Shown here: positions 39,619 through 49,564 of the stretch, in pieces
Layout of the letters: each line of letters opens with the position of its first letter
Position numbering within the stretch: the stretch's first letter is position 1
Source of the DNA: an uncultured Chloroflexota bacterium
Lineage (GTDB): Bacteria; Chloroflexota; UBA11872; VXNJ01
Reading direction: 5' to 3'
DNA: 64,000 bases
NCBI GenBank assembly: GCA_964496475.1
Contig: CAZBZS010000009.1
Coordinates: 64-64,063, forward strand
Position numbers and translations under genes: made by a program
Notes under the pieces: generated by a model
What the model was told of the DNA's origin: nothing
The model's database searches: none
Seen by the model: only the letters and a program-made list of their open reading frames with translations

Positions 39619-41124
39619 CTAGTACGCGCCGTCGCCACGAATCACGGCGGGGATGGTGCGCAGAATGATCTTGATATCGAGCCCCAAGGACCAGTGCCCG
39701 ACGTAGTAGGTGTCGAGCATGACCATCTCCTCGAAGGAGAGGGTGCTACGTCCGCTGACCTGCCAGAGCCCGGTGAGACCGGGCAGGACGCGCAGGCGGG
39801 TGTGCGCCCAGTCGTCGTACTGGGCGACCTCGTCAGGGACCTGGGCCCGCGGCCCGACCATACTCATATGCCCCATAATCACGTTGATGAACTGGGGCAC
39901 TTCGTCGAGGCTGGTGCGGCGCAGCAACCGTCCCACCTGGGTCCGGCGGGGGTCGTCCTTTCGCTTGAACAACGGCTCGGAGGAGGAGCCGGGATACAGA
40001 TCCTCCATCATCTTTTCCGCCCCGAGCACCATGGAGCGGAACTTGTGGAGCCGGAACTGACGCCCGTTGCGGCCGACGCGCACCTGCTGGAAAAGGATGG
40101 GTCCGCGGCTATCGAGTTTTATGGCGATGATGACCAGCAGCAGAAGCGGCGACAGCAGAGTCAAAAGGAGAGAGGCCATAACGGTGTCGAGCGCCCGTTT
40201 CTGCACATAGTTGAAACCGGAGATTTCGTTGGTGCTGAGAGTAAAGAGCGGGATGCCGCCGATTTCCTCCGTGTGCAGCCGCCCGGCCTGCACATCGGCC
40301 AAGTCGGGCACGATGGTGCACCGAATTCCGTTGGACCGGCAGGCGGCTACGGCGTCGCTGACGGCCAGGGCGGAAGAGGGCGGTAAGGCGACGACGGCCC
40401 GATCGGCGCCGTTTTCCCGTAGGGCGGCAGCGACACCGTCGGGCCCGGCCAATCGCCGGAACCTGCCGAAGTCTTCGTTATCATCCATCTCGTGATCCAC
40501 GAAACCAACGAGCAGCAAACCTGAAGCGGGGGCCGCCGCCAACTGCTGCATCAACATCTTGGCCATGTTGCCGCGCCCGACCACCACGACACGCTCCACA
40601 TCCCGTCCACGCTTGAACCGGGCGATGCGCAGCGAGCGCAGGGCATATCGCCAGAAGGCGATCAGCCCAAAGCCGGCTAGGAGGAGATATCCAAACATCA
40701 GGCGGGAGAAAAACGCAGGCCGAAAAAGAAAGAACACGATGATTACGGCGGCGGTCGCGAGCAGGGCGGCCATAGCCAGTTTCGGCACTTCGTCCAGCCA
40801 GCGGATGGACCGGCGGCTCGCGTAGGAGCCGTAGAAATGGAGCGCAAGAAGCATGACCGCGACAAAAGTCACTCCGACCGGCCAATATTCGTCCAGCGGA
40901 GTGAACTGAAATTCGGTCAGGTCCGGTCCGAGGCGGAGCTCATACCGGAGCCAGTGCGCCAGAAAAAAGGCTCCGGTAATCGCGACAATATCGCCCAGCA
41001 AGGTCACGAGTTGCCAGCGGACGCGACCGCCGGCCCGCCCTTGCGGCGAATCCGGAGCCGGGCCGGCAGCGGGCGATGCCGTCTTCAAGAAGGTTCCGAA
41101 GCCAGCTGGTAGGCGTCGCGGCAT
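39619..41124 (-). CDS. polyprenyl glycosylphosphotransferase (WbaP/CpsE-type initiating sugar transferase)
   Basis: An N-terminal TM block is followed by the C-terminal motif …PLFKRKDDPRRTQVGRLLRRTSLDEVPQFINVIMGHMSMVGPR. Confidence 0.85.
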   Translation of the reverse strand: MPRRLPAGFGTFLKTASPAAGPAPDSPQGRAGGRVRWQLVTLLGDIVAITGAFFLAHWLRYELRLGPDLTEFQFTPLDEYWPVGVTFVAVMLLALHFYGSYASRRSIRWLDEVPKLAMAALLATAAVIIVFFLFRPAFFSRLMFGYLLLAGFGLIAFWRYALRSLRIARFKRGRDVERVVVVGRGNMAKMLMQQLAAAPASGLLLVGFVDHEMDDNEDFGRFRRLAGPDGVAAALRENGADRAVVALPPSSALAVSDAVAACRSNGIRCTIVPDLADVQAGRLHTEEIGGIPLFTLSTNEISGFNYVQKRALDTVMASLLLTLLSPLLLLVIIAIKLDSRGPILFQQVRVGRNGRQFRLHKFRSMVLGAEKMMEDLYPGSSSEPLFKRKDDPRRTQVGRLLRRTSLDEVPQFINVIMGHMSMVGPRAQVPDEVAQYDDWAHTRLRVLPGLTGLWQVSGRSTLSFEEMVMLDTYYVGHWSLGLDIKIILRTIPAVIRGDGAY

Positions 41125-42221
41125 TTATCAGCCGCCACATCCCAGGAAAATCGGGTGGCGCGCAAGAGCCCGGCATCGCGCAAAGAGTCGCATTGCTCGC
41201 CGGACCCGGTAAGTTCTATCAAGACGGAGGCGAGCTCGTCCGGATCGCCGGGGGTGGTCAGGAGGCCGGCGTGGCCAACCACCTCTGGCAAAGACGAAGA
41301 CGTGGTGGTGACGACGGGAGTACCGCAGGCCATCGCTTCGAGTACCGGCAAACCAAACCCCTCGTAGGCGGAGGGATATACGAAAACCTGTGCGGAATTG
41401 TACCAAAGGGGTTGTTCTTCACGGGGTACGTAGCCGGCGAAATGGATGACTCCGGCGAGACCCTCGGCCTCGATGGCGGCTTCGATGGCGGAGTATCCCC
41501 AGCCCCTGCCGCCAGCCAGCACCAGCTCGCCCAGGTAACCGGAGCGCCGCAGGTTGCCGAAGGCCCGCACCAGGACGTCTACGTTCTTGCGCGGTTCAAG
41601 GGTGCCCAGGTAGAGCAGGTAATGGCCTGGAAGACCTTTCTTGCCACGGAATTCCTCGACCAGCTCGCGATCGAGCGGACGCATGTCGGGGTCGGCGGCG
41701 GCGTAAACGACGCGTATTTTGGACGGATCCACGTGGAAATGCTCGACAATGTCACGACGGGTCGCTCGGGAGTCGGCGAGGATCACGCGAGCGCGGCGAG
41801 CGGAGAGACGGCTCATGGCGTTCAGGTATAGCCGTCGGCGCCAGGGATGCGCGGACGGCTGGACGACGTAGGACAGATCGTGAATGGTGAGCACGTGTCG
41901 CCCGGGCGCGAGGATGGGGGAGACGTTGAGGAAGGAGTGGGTTACGTCGAGACCGTCTCGCGCCGCCCACCACGGCATGGCTGTCTGTTCCCAGAGCACC
42001 CGCACGGCGGTTTGGGATGTGGGGAGGACCGATCGCCGAACTTGCATCCCGGCGGGCACGGGGAAAGGCAATTCACGCACGGAGTCGTTGACGTACAACA
42101 CAAACTGCAAGTCAGAATCACCGGTGAGCCGCTCGACGATGGCCGTCGTATAACGACTGACACCGGCGTTGCGAAACCCGGCGCCTGTGTACAAGACCTG
42201 GGCGTTGAGGCCTATGCGCAC
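41085..42221 (-). CDS. glycosyltransferase family 4
   Basis: Begins MRIGLNAQVL… and carries EGFGLPVLEAMACGTPVV. Confidence 0.8.
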   Translation of the reverse strand: MRIGLNAQVLYTGAGFRNAGVSRYTTAIVERLTGDSDLQFVLYVNDSVRELPFPVPAGMQVRRSVLPTSQTAVRVLWEQTAMPWWAARDGLDVTHSFLNVSPILAPGRHVLTIHDLSYVVQPSAHPWRRRLYLNAMSRLSARRARVILADSRATRRDIVEHFHVDPSKIRVVYAAADPDMRPLDRELVEEFRGKKGLPGHYLLYLGTLEPRKNVDVLVRAFGNLRRSGYLGELVLAGGRGWGYSAIEAAIEAEGLAGVIHFAGYVPREEQPLWYNSAQVFVYPSAYEGFGLPVLEAMACGTPVVTTTSSSLPEVVGHAGLLTTPGDPDELASVLIELTGSGEQCDSLRDAGLLRATRFSWDVAADKCRDAYQLASEPS

Positions 42222-42283
42222 CGCTCGGCTGCTCCGATTCCTTTCAGCTGTACCCGGCGAGGATATTCAACGCCCGGTGGGGC

Positions 42284-42320
42284 GGAAAGAGAACGGAGCC
42301 GGGGCGATTGCCCCGGCTCC
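42284..42320 (-). terminator. intrinsic terminator downstream of ABC ATPase gene
   Basis: A perfect 11-bp stem GGAGCCGGGGC-gatt-GCCCCGGCTCC is followed on the minus strand by GTTCTCTTTCC. Confidence 0.5.
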
Positions 42321-42345
42321 GTTAAAGTCCGGCTCCTGGTGGGAA

Positions 42346-43470
42346 CTAGCCCTCCCCGCGTCCCAGAGTTTCCTGCGTTACCGGGTCGAACAGGTGCACG
42401 TGGTTCATGTCGAACACGAGCTTGAAGTCTTCACCGACAACCGCGGTTGTGCGTGGGTCGACCCGGGCGATGTACGAGGTGTCGTCCCCAGAGAGCAGGT
42501 AGAGGTAGACCTCGCTGCCCAACGGCTCTGAGACCTCCACCCTGGCGTCGACGATCTGATCGATCGTCGCACGGCCGGGCGCGAAGGTCGGGTCAAAAAT
42601 GTCCTCGGGTCGAAGACCGAAGATCAGGTCTTCACCGATGCGTCCGGCGAAGCCGGCGCGCTTATCGGGCGGAACGCTCAGGCTGACCGAGCCGCCAAAC
42701 ACCTCGATGGTCATGTCGTCAGCAGTGCCGGTCAACTTGGCGTCGTAGAAGTTCATCGCCGGGCTTCCGATGAAGCCGGCCACAAACATGTTCGACGGAT
42801 TGTCGTAGACCATCTGCGGGGCACCGATTTGCTGGAGCACGCCATCACGCAGGACGGCGATGCGCGATCCCATCGTCATGGCCTCAGTCTGGTCGTGAGT
42901 GACGTAGATCACGGTGGTCTGGAGTCGTTCGTGAAGCCGGATCAGCTCGGCGCGCGTCTGTACGCGGAGCTTGGCGTCTAGGTTGGAAAGCGGCTCGTCC
43001 ATGAGGAAGCACTTGGGCTCGCGCACGATCGCCCGACCGAGGGCTACCCGCTGGCGCTGGCCGCCCGAGAGCTGCTTGGGCTTGCGGTCGAGGAGCTCGC
43101 CGATGGCCAGAAGCTCGGCGGCTTCCTGGACGCGCCGTTCGATTTCCTTTTTTGGCGTCTTGCGGAGGCGAAGGCCGAAGGCAAGATTGTCATAGACACT
43201 CATGTGCGGGTAGAGCGCGTAGCTCTGGAACACCATGGCGATGTCCCGGTCTTTAGGAGCGACATCGTTCACCAGCCGGTCGCCGATGTAGATGTTGCCC
43301 TCACTCAATTCTTCGAGCCCGGCGATTAGCCGCAATGTGGTGGACTTCCCGCAGCCGGACGGTCCGACCAGCACCAGAAATTCCTGGTCCTGGACTTCGA
43401 TGTTCAGGTTGTTTACAGCCACAACCTCACCAAATCGCTTGGTGACACCCTGCAAAGTAACGCTCGCCAT
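42346..43470 (-). CDS. sugar ABC transporter ATP-binding protein (MalK/MsiK/UgpC type), no permease adjacent
   Basis: Walker A GPSGCGKST, the LSGGQRQR signature and a C-terminal TOBE domain. Confidence 0.85.
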   Translation of the reverse strand: MASVTLQGVTKRFGEVVAVNNLNIEVQDQEFLVLVGPSGCGKSTTLRLIAGLEELSEGNIYIGDRLVNDVAPKDRDIAMVFQSYALYPHMSVYDNLAFGLRLRKTPKKEIERRVQEAAELLAIGELLDRKPKQLSGGQRQRVALGRAIVREPKCFLMDEPLSNLDAKLRVQTRAELIRLHERLQTTVIYVTHDQTEAMTMGSRIAVLRDGVLQQIGAPQMVYDNPSNMFVAGFIGSPAMNFYDAKLTGTADDMTIEVFGGSVSLSVPPDKRAGFAGRIGEDLIFGLRPEDIFDPTFAPGRATIDQIVDARVEVSEPLGSEVYLYLLSGDDTSYIARVDPRTTAVVGEDFKLVFDMNHVHLFDPVTQETLGRGEG

Positions 43471-43687
43471 ATGGCGCAGCCCCTTTCGGCGCCCGGCGGG
43501 AGCCGCGACACCTTAGCCGCTCCGCTCGCCATCCTTTGCGAGCACAACAGGTCGGTAAAACCAGAACTATTCGGCAAAAACCGTGTCCTACCGCCGCAAA
43601 GCCCCGAGAATCGGGCCTTCGCTTCCCCTCGGTTATTCCCTTAACCTTCCAGGGGCGATACGAGTGGCACCCTATCATTCGTAGGGT

Positions 43688-44236
43688 ATGGGGTCAAAGG
43701 CCACCGGCCTGAAATCGCTCCGCGAAACACACTTTCCAACGAGGCTGATGCGTTCCGGTATACCGTCTCCCCCGCCGATCGACCATTTCTGGGTCGTCCC
43801 CGGCCGACTAGCCGGCGGCGGGCATCCGGCACGGGCCGGCCCGAAGTCGGACGTACTGCACGCCATGGAGCGGCTGGGCTATGACGCGATCCTCACCCTC
43901 ACCGAGGACGCTCTTGACGCGGAAGCCCTTGATGAATTCGGTTTTCGCTATATGCATCTTCCCATCGTAAACATGGAGGCCCCGTCCCTCGCCGAGGGCG
44001 AGCGCGCGGTCGAATTCTTACGGCGATGCGTCGACGACGATCTCCAAGTGTACGTCCACTGCTACGCGGGGTACGGCCGCACGGGCGCGATCCTGGCCGC
44101 GTATCTGGTTGCCACCGGCGTGGGACCTTTCGCGGCGATCGAGCGCGTGCGCACCGTCCGCCCCGGCGCCATTGAGAGCGTGGCACAGGAGCGATTCGTG
44201 CTCGAATTTTCTCGTCGGGTCCAGGAAGGCGAATGA
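43688..44236 (+). CDS. dual-specificity / tyrosine protein phosphatase (CX5R)
   Basis: VHCYAGYGRTG P-loop. Confidence 0.75.
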   Translation: MGSKATGLKSLRETHFPTRLMRSGIPSPPPIDHFWVVPGRLAGGGHPARAGPKSDVLHAMERLGYDAILTLTEDALDAEALDEFGFRYMHLPIVNMEAPSLAEGERAVEFLRRCVDDDLQVYVHCYAGYGRTGAILAAYLVATGVGPFAAIERVRTVRPGAIESVAQERFVLEFSRRVQEGE

Positions 44237-45315
44237 GCTGTCCCGACTTAGCCGGGGCGGCCCGCCTCCTGGATGAGGCGGTCGCCGGGGGCGTCATACC
44301 GGGGGCGGTCGCCCTGGTTGATATTGGCGGTAAAGCCATGCTGGACCACGCGACCGGCGACGCCCAGACCGTGCCGGTGGTCCGACCGGTACGATCCGAC
44401 ACCATTTACGACCTGGCCTCGCTCACTAAGGCCGTCGTCACGGCGACGGCGATCATGATCCTGGTCGACCGGGGCGCACTGCACCTGCGCCAGCGGGTGG
44501 TCGAAGTCCTTCCGGAGTTCGCCGCCCACAGTAAGGACGACGTTCATATCCTCCACCTGCTCACGCACACATCCGGTCTCCCAGCCCGGAACCGGGTCTC
44601 GCGAACCGCCAGCGACGCCGCGGAGACGGTCCGCCTGGCGCTCGGGATGTACAAAATGTATCCAACCGGCAGCCGCGAGCTTTATACCGACCTGGGATTC
44701 CTGGCTCTGGGGGAAATCGTCAGCCGAACGGCAAGCGCGCCGCTGGACGAATTCGCCATGAACGAAATCTTTGGCCCGCTTGGCATGATCGACACGGGTT
44801 ACAACCCCAACGCCGACCGCCGCGGCCGCTGCGCCGCCACGGAGGACGCGCCCCACCGGGGCGGGGTGATCGTGGGCGAAGTCCACGACGACAAAGCCCA
44901 GCTGATGAACGGCGTCGCGGGACATGCTGGAATTTTTGGTACCGCCGCCGATCTGGTCCGTTTTGGCCGCATGCTGCTAAACGGCGGGGCGCTCGACGGA
45001 GCCCGCATTCTCTCGCCAGCCGCCGTGGCGGCGTTGAGCCGTAATCAGACCCCTCACCTCCCTACCGACCGCGGCCTAGCCTGGGCGCTGAGCCCGGGGC
45101 CGGGCTTCGCCTTCGACGACCTTACCGGGCCGGCGGCTTTCGCGCATACGGGCTTCACGGGCACGTCGATTTATGTAGATCCCGATGAAGATCTGGTTGC
45201 GGTTTTGCTGACCAATCGCGTGCATCCGTCACGTGACAACCGGGCATATTTCGGCCTCCGCTCCCGGTTCCATAACGTCCTCTACGCCCACGTAAGGCAG
45301 GTTGCCAATGAATGA
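44233..45315 (+). CDS. serine hydrolase, beta-lactamase/PBP-related (class C-like)
   Basis: SLTK (SxxK) motif, with an ATGA overlap with the upstream gene. Confidence 0.75.
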   Translation: MSCPDLAGAARLLDEAVAGGVIPGAVALVDIGGKAMLDHATGDAQTVPVVRPVRSDTIYDLASLTKAVVTATAIMILVDRGALHLRQRVVEVLPEFAAHSKDDVHILHLLTHTSGLPARNRVSRTASDAAETVRLALGMYKMYPTGSRELYTDLGFLALGEIVSRTASAPLDEFAMNEIFGPLGMIDTGYNPNADRRGRCAATEDAPHRGGVIVGEVHDDKAQLMNGVAGHAGIFGTAADLVRFGRMLLNGGALDGARILSPAAVAALSRNQTPHLPTDRGLAWALSPGPGFAFDDLTGPAAFAHTGFTGTSIYVDPDEDLVAVLLTNRVHPSRDNRAYFGLRSRFHNVLYAHVRQVANE

Positions 45316-46105
45316 TCTGGCAGAGCCAGCCGACGGCGATCCGGTAGCTAAGAAAAAGCTGCCGGAGGCAGCCTTGTCGGGCAGCAAATCGCCGCGGGTC
45401 ATCTTTTTCGACGCTTACGGAACGATCTTCACCGGCGGCAATTCAGACGACCCCACTACCGACCTTCGCCGGGGCTTGGCCGCCGCCGGCGTGGAGGCGG
45501 AGCACGATGTCCTGGCCGCCGCGCTCAAGCAGGAAATGATCCACTATCGCCATCGCCAGCGCGGCGTGCGCACCCGGGAGGGGCTGGAAGAGCTGCGCCG
45601 CGAGTGCGGCCAGATCATCATCGACGGCATCGGTGGGAGCGAAGTCTGCCCCCTGAGCGACGCCGAGGTCGCCGACATCCTCATTGCCACGTTTCCCAGC
45701 CGCGTCTTCCCCGAGCTACCAGAGGCGGTCGCCCGCGCCCGCGCCGCCGGTTGCCGGGTCGGGGTGCTCAGCAATTTCAGCTATCTGTTGCCGATGATTC
45801 TGGACGACCTTGAGATCGGCGAGCTATTCGACTTCGTCGTCCATTCGGCCGGGGTGGGTTTTGAAAAACCGCACCCGCACATCTTCCACGCCGCCCTCCA
45901 GGAAGCTGACGTCGCCCCCCACCAGGCGGCTCTGATCGGGGATACCTACGGGGAAGACGTGGCCGGGGCGACGGCGGCCGGGATGATCGCCGTGTTTCTG
46001 GATCGTGCGGGCGACTCCACCCTGAAACATGGGCTAGTCGCCGGCAACCTGCTCGATGCCGTTGAGTTGGCTCTGAACGCCACCTCTCCGAGATTCGCAG
46101 CGTGA
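45302..46105 (+). CDS. HAD superfamily hydrolase (subfamily IA)
   Basis: FFDAYGTIF (DxYGT) motif I. Confidence 0.7.
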   Translation: MPMNDLAEPADGDPVAKKKLPEAALSGSKSPRVIFFDAYGTIFTGGNSDDPTTDLRRGLAAAGVEAEHDVLAAALKQEMIHYRHRQRGVRTREGLEELRRECGQIIIDGIGGSEVCPLSDAEVADILIATFPSRVFPELPEAVARARAAGCRVGVLSNFSYLLPMILDDLEIGELFDFVVHSAGVGFEKPHPHIFHAALQEADVAPHQAALIGDTYGEDVAGATAAGMIAVFLDRAGDSTLKHGLVAGNLLDAVELALNATSPRFAA

Positions 46106-46109
46106 AAAC

Positions 46110-46574
46110 TTAGATCGAGCGCAGGAGCGTCGCCATCTCCAGACCGACCTGAGCAGCCTGGTACCCCCGGTTGGTTTCGTCCGGTTGCGTTCGCACTTCC
46201 GCCTGCTGCTCGTCCCCCAGGGTCATCACCCCGAAGATCACGGGCACGCCGGCCTCCATGCCGGCGTTCATGATGCCTCGCGCGGACTCCCCAGCGACAT
46301 AGTCGAAATGCGGGGTGTCGCTGCGGATGACCGCTCCCAGGCAGATCACGGCGGCGTACTTGCCGCTGCCGGCGCAGCGGCGAGCGACCAGCGGAATTTC
46401 GAACGCTCCCGGCACCCGTATGACATCGACGCCATCGTCCGCCACATCGCCCTCAGCCAGCGCCTGCCGCGCCCCTTCGAGCAACCGCTCGGTGTAAGTC
46501 TCGTTGAATCGCGAGACGACCACCGCGAATGTGAGGCCCCGGCCGTCCAGGGCGCCCTTGAATTCCGGCGACAT
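46110..46574 (-). CDS. ribH: 6,7-dimethyl-8-ribityllumazine synthase
   Basis: Full-length match to the lumazine synthase core (…VPGAFEIP…). Confidence 0.9.
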   Translation of the reverse strand: MSPEFKGALDGRGLTFAVVVSRFNETYTERLLEGARQALAEGDVADDGVDVIRVPGAFEIPLVARRCAGSGKYAAVICLGAVIRSDTPHFDYVAGESARGIMNAGMEAGVPVIFGVMTLGDEQQAEVRTQPDETNRGYQAAQVGLEMATLLRSI

Positions 46575-46601
46575 CAGCCGCTCAAGCCTTCGCCAAGCTG
46601 C

Positions 46602-47810
46602 TCAACGGAACACGTGCCCCATCTTCTTTTCCTTGGTCTCCAGGTAGTCGGCGTTGTGTTCGCCCGGCGGGATCACCAGCGGTATCCGCTCCACGATCTC
46701 CAGCCCGTAGCCGGCAATCTCGATCCGCTTCCGGGGATTATTTGTGAGAAGACGGATTCGCGAGAGACCAAGCTCGGTCAGGATTTGCGCCCCGATGCCA
46801 TAGTCGCGTTCGTCCGGCCGAAAGCCCAGCTTCAGGTTGGCCTCCACGGTGTCGAGCCCGCCGTCCTGCAGGGCGTAGGCCCGGAGCTTATTGGCAAGGC
46901 CGATTCCGCGACCCTCTTGACGCATGTAGAGCACCACCCCCCGACCTTTATCCGCCACCATTCGCAGGGCCGCCTGTAACTGCGGGCCGCAATCGCAACG
47001 CAAGGAGCCAAAGACGTCGCCGGTGAGGCATTCATCGTGTACGCGCACGAGCGGCGGTTCGCCGGAGATATCGCCTTTGACGACGGCCATGTGATCCTCG
47101 CCGGTGGTGAGGTCGCGAAACGCATAGGCGCGGAACTCACCGTAGGCGGTGGGCAGGGTTGTTTCGGCCACCCGCCGTACCAATTTTTCGCTGCGCCGGC
47201 GGAACTCGATGAGATTGGCCAATCTGATGACGGCCAAGCTCTCCTGATCAGCCACGGCGAAGACCTCGTCCAGGGATGGATCCTCACTCTCAGCATTTAC
47301 CATGTGGCTCAGCACGGCGACGGGCGGCATACCGGCCTGATGAGCCAGGTCTACGGCCGCCTCGGCGAAGCCGGCCCGCCTCAAGACGCCTCCCTCGGTC
47401 GCGCGGATAGGCCGCACCATGCCCGGCTTTGAAAAGTCGGCGGCGCCGTAGTTTGGATCGGCCAGGGCTCGTATCGTCGTCGATTGACCGTGGGGTGAGC
47501 CGGGATGAGCCTCTTCGCGAAGATCGACGGTTTCGGTGAAAAAAGGACGCCGCAGACTGGTTTCCGTGCCGGTTCGACTGACGAGGTTGATGCCCAGTTT
47601 GTCCAGCCGGGCGTGATCCATGGCGACCAGCAGCGGGGATTCGCTCCGGCGCGTGAGCCAACTCACGTAGGGTCCGGTTACCAGGCTGGCGGGCGCGCAA
47701 TAGCGGCACTCAAGTCCAGGCGTCCCGCTCACGATCAGGACGGTCTCGTTGGCGGCGAATCGACGAATCGCGTCTTCAATCGACGTGAAACGGGTTTCGT
47801 CCGGGATCAT
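46602..47810 (-). CDS. ribBA: bifunctional 3,4-dihydroxy-2-butanone-4-phosphate synthase / GTP cyclohydrolase II
   Basis: N-terminal DHBP synthase domain and C-terminal GTP cyclohydrolase II domain (…CDCG…). Confidence 0.9.
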   Translation of the reverse strand: MIPDETRFTSIEDAIRRFAANETVLIVSGTPGLECRYCAPASLVTGPYVSWLTRRSESPLLVAMDHARLDKLGINLVSRTGTETSLRRPFFTETVDLREEAHPGSPHGQSTTIRALADPNYGAADFSKPGMVRPIRATEGGVLRRAGFAEAAVDLAHQAGMPPVAVLSHMVNAESEDPSLDEVFAVADQESLAVIRLANLIEFRRRSEKLVRRVAETTLPTAYGEFRAYAFRDLTTGEDHMAVVKGDISGEPPLVRVHDECLTGDVFGSLRCDCGPQLQAALRMVADKGRGVVLYMRQEGRGIGLANKLRAYALQDGGLDTVEANLKLGFRPDERDYGIGAQILTELGLSRIRLLTNNPRKRIEIAGYGLEIVERIPLVIPPGEHNADYLETKEKKMGHVFR

Positions 47811-48418
47811 CGGTTTCCCACCGTTTCCGACTGAGCAGCCAGCATCTTCTCCGCATACTTGGCCAGCAGGTCCACCTCCACGTTTACCCGGTTGCCGACG
47901 ACGGCCGTTCCCATCACGATGTGCTCTATCGTGTAACGGATCAGCGCAACCCCGAACCGGGTACCTTCGCAGAAGGTCACGGTCAGGCTGGCCCCATCGA
48001 GCGCCACGAATCCTTTTTCCACGATGTAACGCACCACCTCCGGCGTCGTCTCCAGATCGAAGAGCAGCGATTCCCCGTCCTGCGCTATCGCGGTGATGGT
48101 CGCGGTCCCGTCCACATGCCCCTGCACGATATGCCCATCCAGGCGGCCGTCAGCCGCCAGCGGCCGCTCCAGGTTCACCCGGTCGCCGGGTTCCAGCCGG
48201 CCGAGGTTCGTGCGGCGCAGGGTCTCCGGCATCGCCTCGAAGGTAAATTCACCATCGCCGGCTGCGACCGCGGTAACGCAGACGCCGTTTACGGCCATGC
48301 TGCGGCTCGTCTCCATGTCGGCCGCGACCTGATTGCCGCCGATCGCGAACGATTGCAGGCCTTCTCGTCGCTCCACCGACACGACCGTGCCGAGTTCCTC
48401 GATGATGCCAGTAAACAT
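47807..48418 (-). CDS. ribE: riboflavin synthase alpha subunit
   Basis: MFTGIIEELGTV… with the duplicated lumazine-binding repeat. Confidence 0.9.
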   Translation of the reverse strand: MFTGIIEELGTVVSVERREGLQSFAIGGNQVAADMETSRSMAVNGVCVTAVAAGDGEFTFEAMPETLRRTNLGRLEPGDRVNLERPLAADGRLDGHIVQGHVDGTATITAIAQDGESLLFDLETTPEVVRYIVEKGFVALDGASLTVTFCEGTRFGVALIRYTIEHIVMGTAVVGNRVNVEVDLLAKYAEKMLAAQSETVGNR

Positions 48419-48421
48419 CGC

Positions 48422-49564
48422 TCAGTCCCATCTAGACGGATTTTGTTCGGCGGGGGCATAGGTGTTCACGATCCCGGAGATCTGAACGTCCTCCCCGCTG
48501 GCCTGAAAGGATACGGCACCGGAACCGGTCGCTCGCCGAAATTCGGCCGCTTCCGCGCCAGTTACAGGCACGGCGACACCGTCTCCGATGGCGAAGGGCG
48601 CGACGAAGACCTCGACCCGGTCCGCCAGCCCGGTCGCGAAGAACGCCTTCAGCACATCTCCGCCTCCCTCGACCAGGAGATTCAGCGTACCGCGCCGGCC
48701 CAGTTCGTCCAGCAGCGCCGCCAGCTGAGCCTTCGATGTCTCCGATGCCTTCAGCATCAGCAAGACCTCGGTTCCGGCCGCCCGCAAAGCCGCCGCCCGG
48801 TCCTCTGGCGCTTCGGGAGCGGAGACAATAAGGGTTTTCCCGGGCACTTCGGTCCCGAGCATCCTTGCGTTCAGCGGCGTTCGCAGCCGCCGGTCCAATA
48901 CCACCCGCAGCGGCTGCTTCCCGATATAGCCGTCCAGCCGGCAGGTCAACAGAGGGTCATCCGCCAGTACCGTCCCGCTCCCCACGAGGACCGCGTCGGC
49001 CCGCCTTCGCATTTCGTGCACTCGCAGGCGCGATTCCGCGCCGGAGATTTGAAGCGGCTTGCCTCCGGGGCCAGCGATCTTACCGTCCTTCGACATCGCC
49101 CACTTCACGGTGACGTAGGGGCGTTTATGTTCCGCCCATTTGAAAAACCCCTGGTAGATTTCCGCCGCCGCCGGTCCGCCTATCCCGACATCGACCTCGA
49201 TCCCAGCCGCGCGGAGACGTTCCACCCCACCGGCCGCCACCGGGTTGGGCTCGCGCGCCGCCACAAGCACTCGCCCGATGCCGGCGGCGACGATGGCCTC
49301 GGTGCAGGGCGGCGTAGCGCCATGGTGATCGCAGGGCTCCAAAGTGACGTACAGGTCGGCGCCCCGGGCCGCTTCACCGGCGGCCGCTAGGGCCCGGCGC
49401 TCGGCGTGAAATCCCGGAGGGGACGCCGTCGCGGCCTCGCCCACGACCAGCCCGTTTCGCAACACCACCGCCCCGACCGCCGGCAGTGGGCTTATCTGGC
49501 CAAGTTGTGATACGGCCAACTCCAGCGCCGATTCCATCGCCGGGTCCACCGGTTTCTTCGCCAT
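48422..49564 (-). CDS. ribD: bifunctional diaminohydroxyphosphoribosylaminopyrimidine deaminase / 5-amino-6-(5-phosphoribosylamino)uracil reductase
   Basis: Deaminase H-x-E and PCxxC motifs (HAERRAL, TLEPCDHHGATPPC) plus a C-terminal reductase domain. Confidence 0.9.
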   Translation of the reverse strand: MAKKPVDPAMESALELAVSQLGQISPLPAVGAVVLRNGLVVGEAATASPPGFHAERRALAAAGEAARGADLYVTLEPCDHHGATPPCTEAIVAAGIGRVLVAAREPNPVAAGGVERLRAAGIEVDVGIGGPAAAEIYQGFFKWAEHKRPYVTVKWAMSKDGKIAGPGGKPLQISGAESRLRVHEMRRRADAVLVGSGTVLADDPLLTCRLDGYIGKQPLRVVLDRRLRTPLNARMLGTEVPGKTLIVSAPEAPEDRAAALRAAGTEVLLMLKASETSKAQLAALLDELGRRGTLNLLVEGGGDVLKAFFATGLADRVEVFVAPFAIGDGVAVPVTGAEAAEFRRATGSGAVSFQASGEDVQISGIVNTYAPAEQNPSRWD

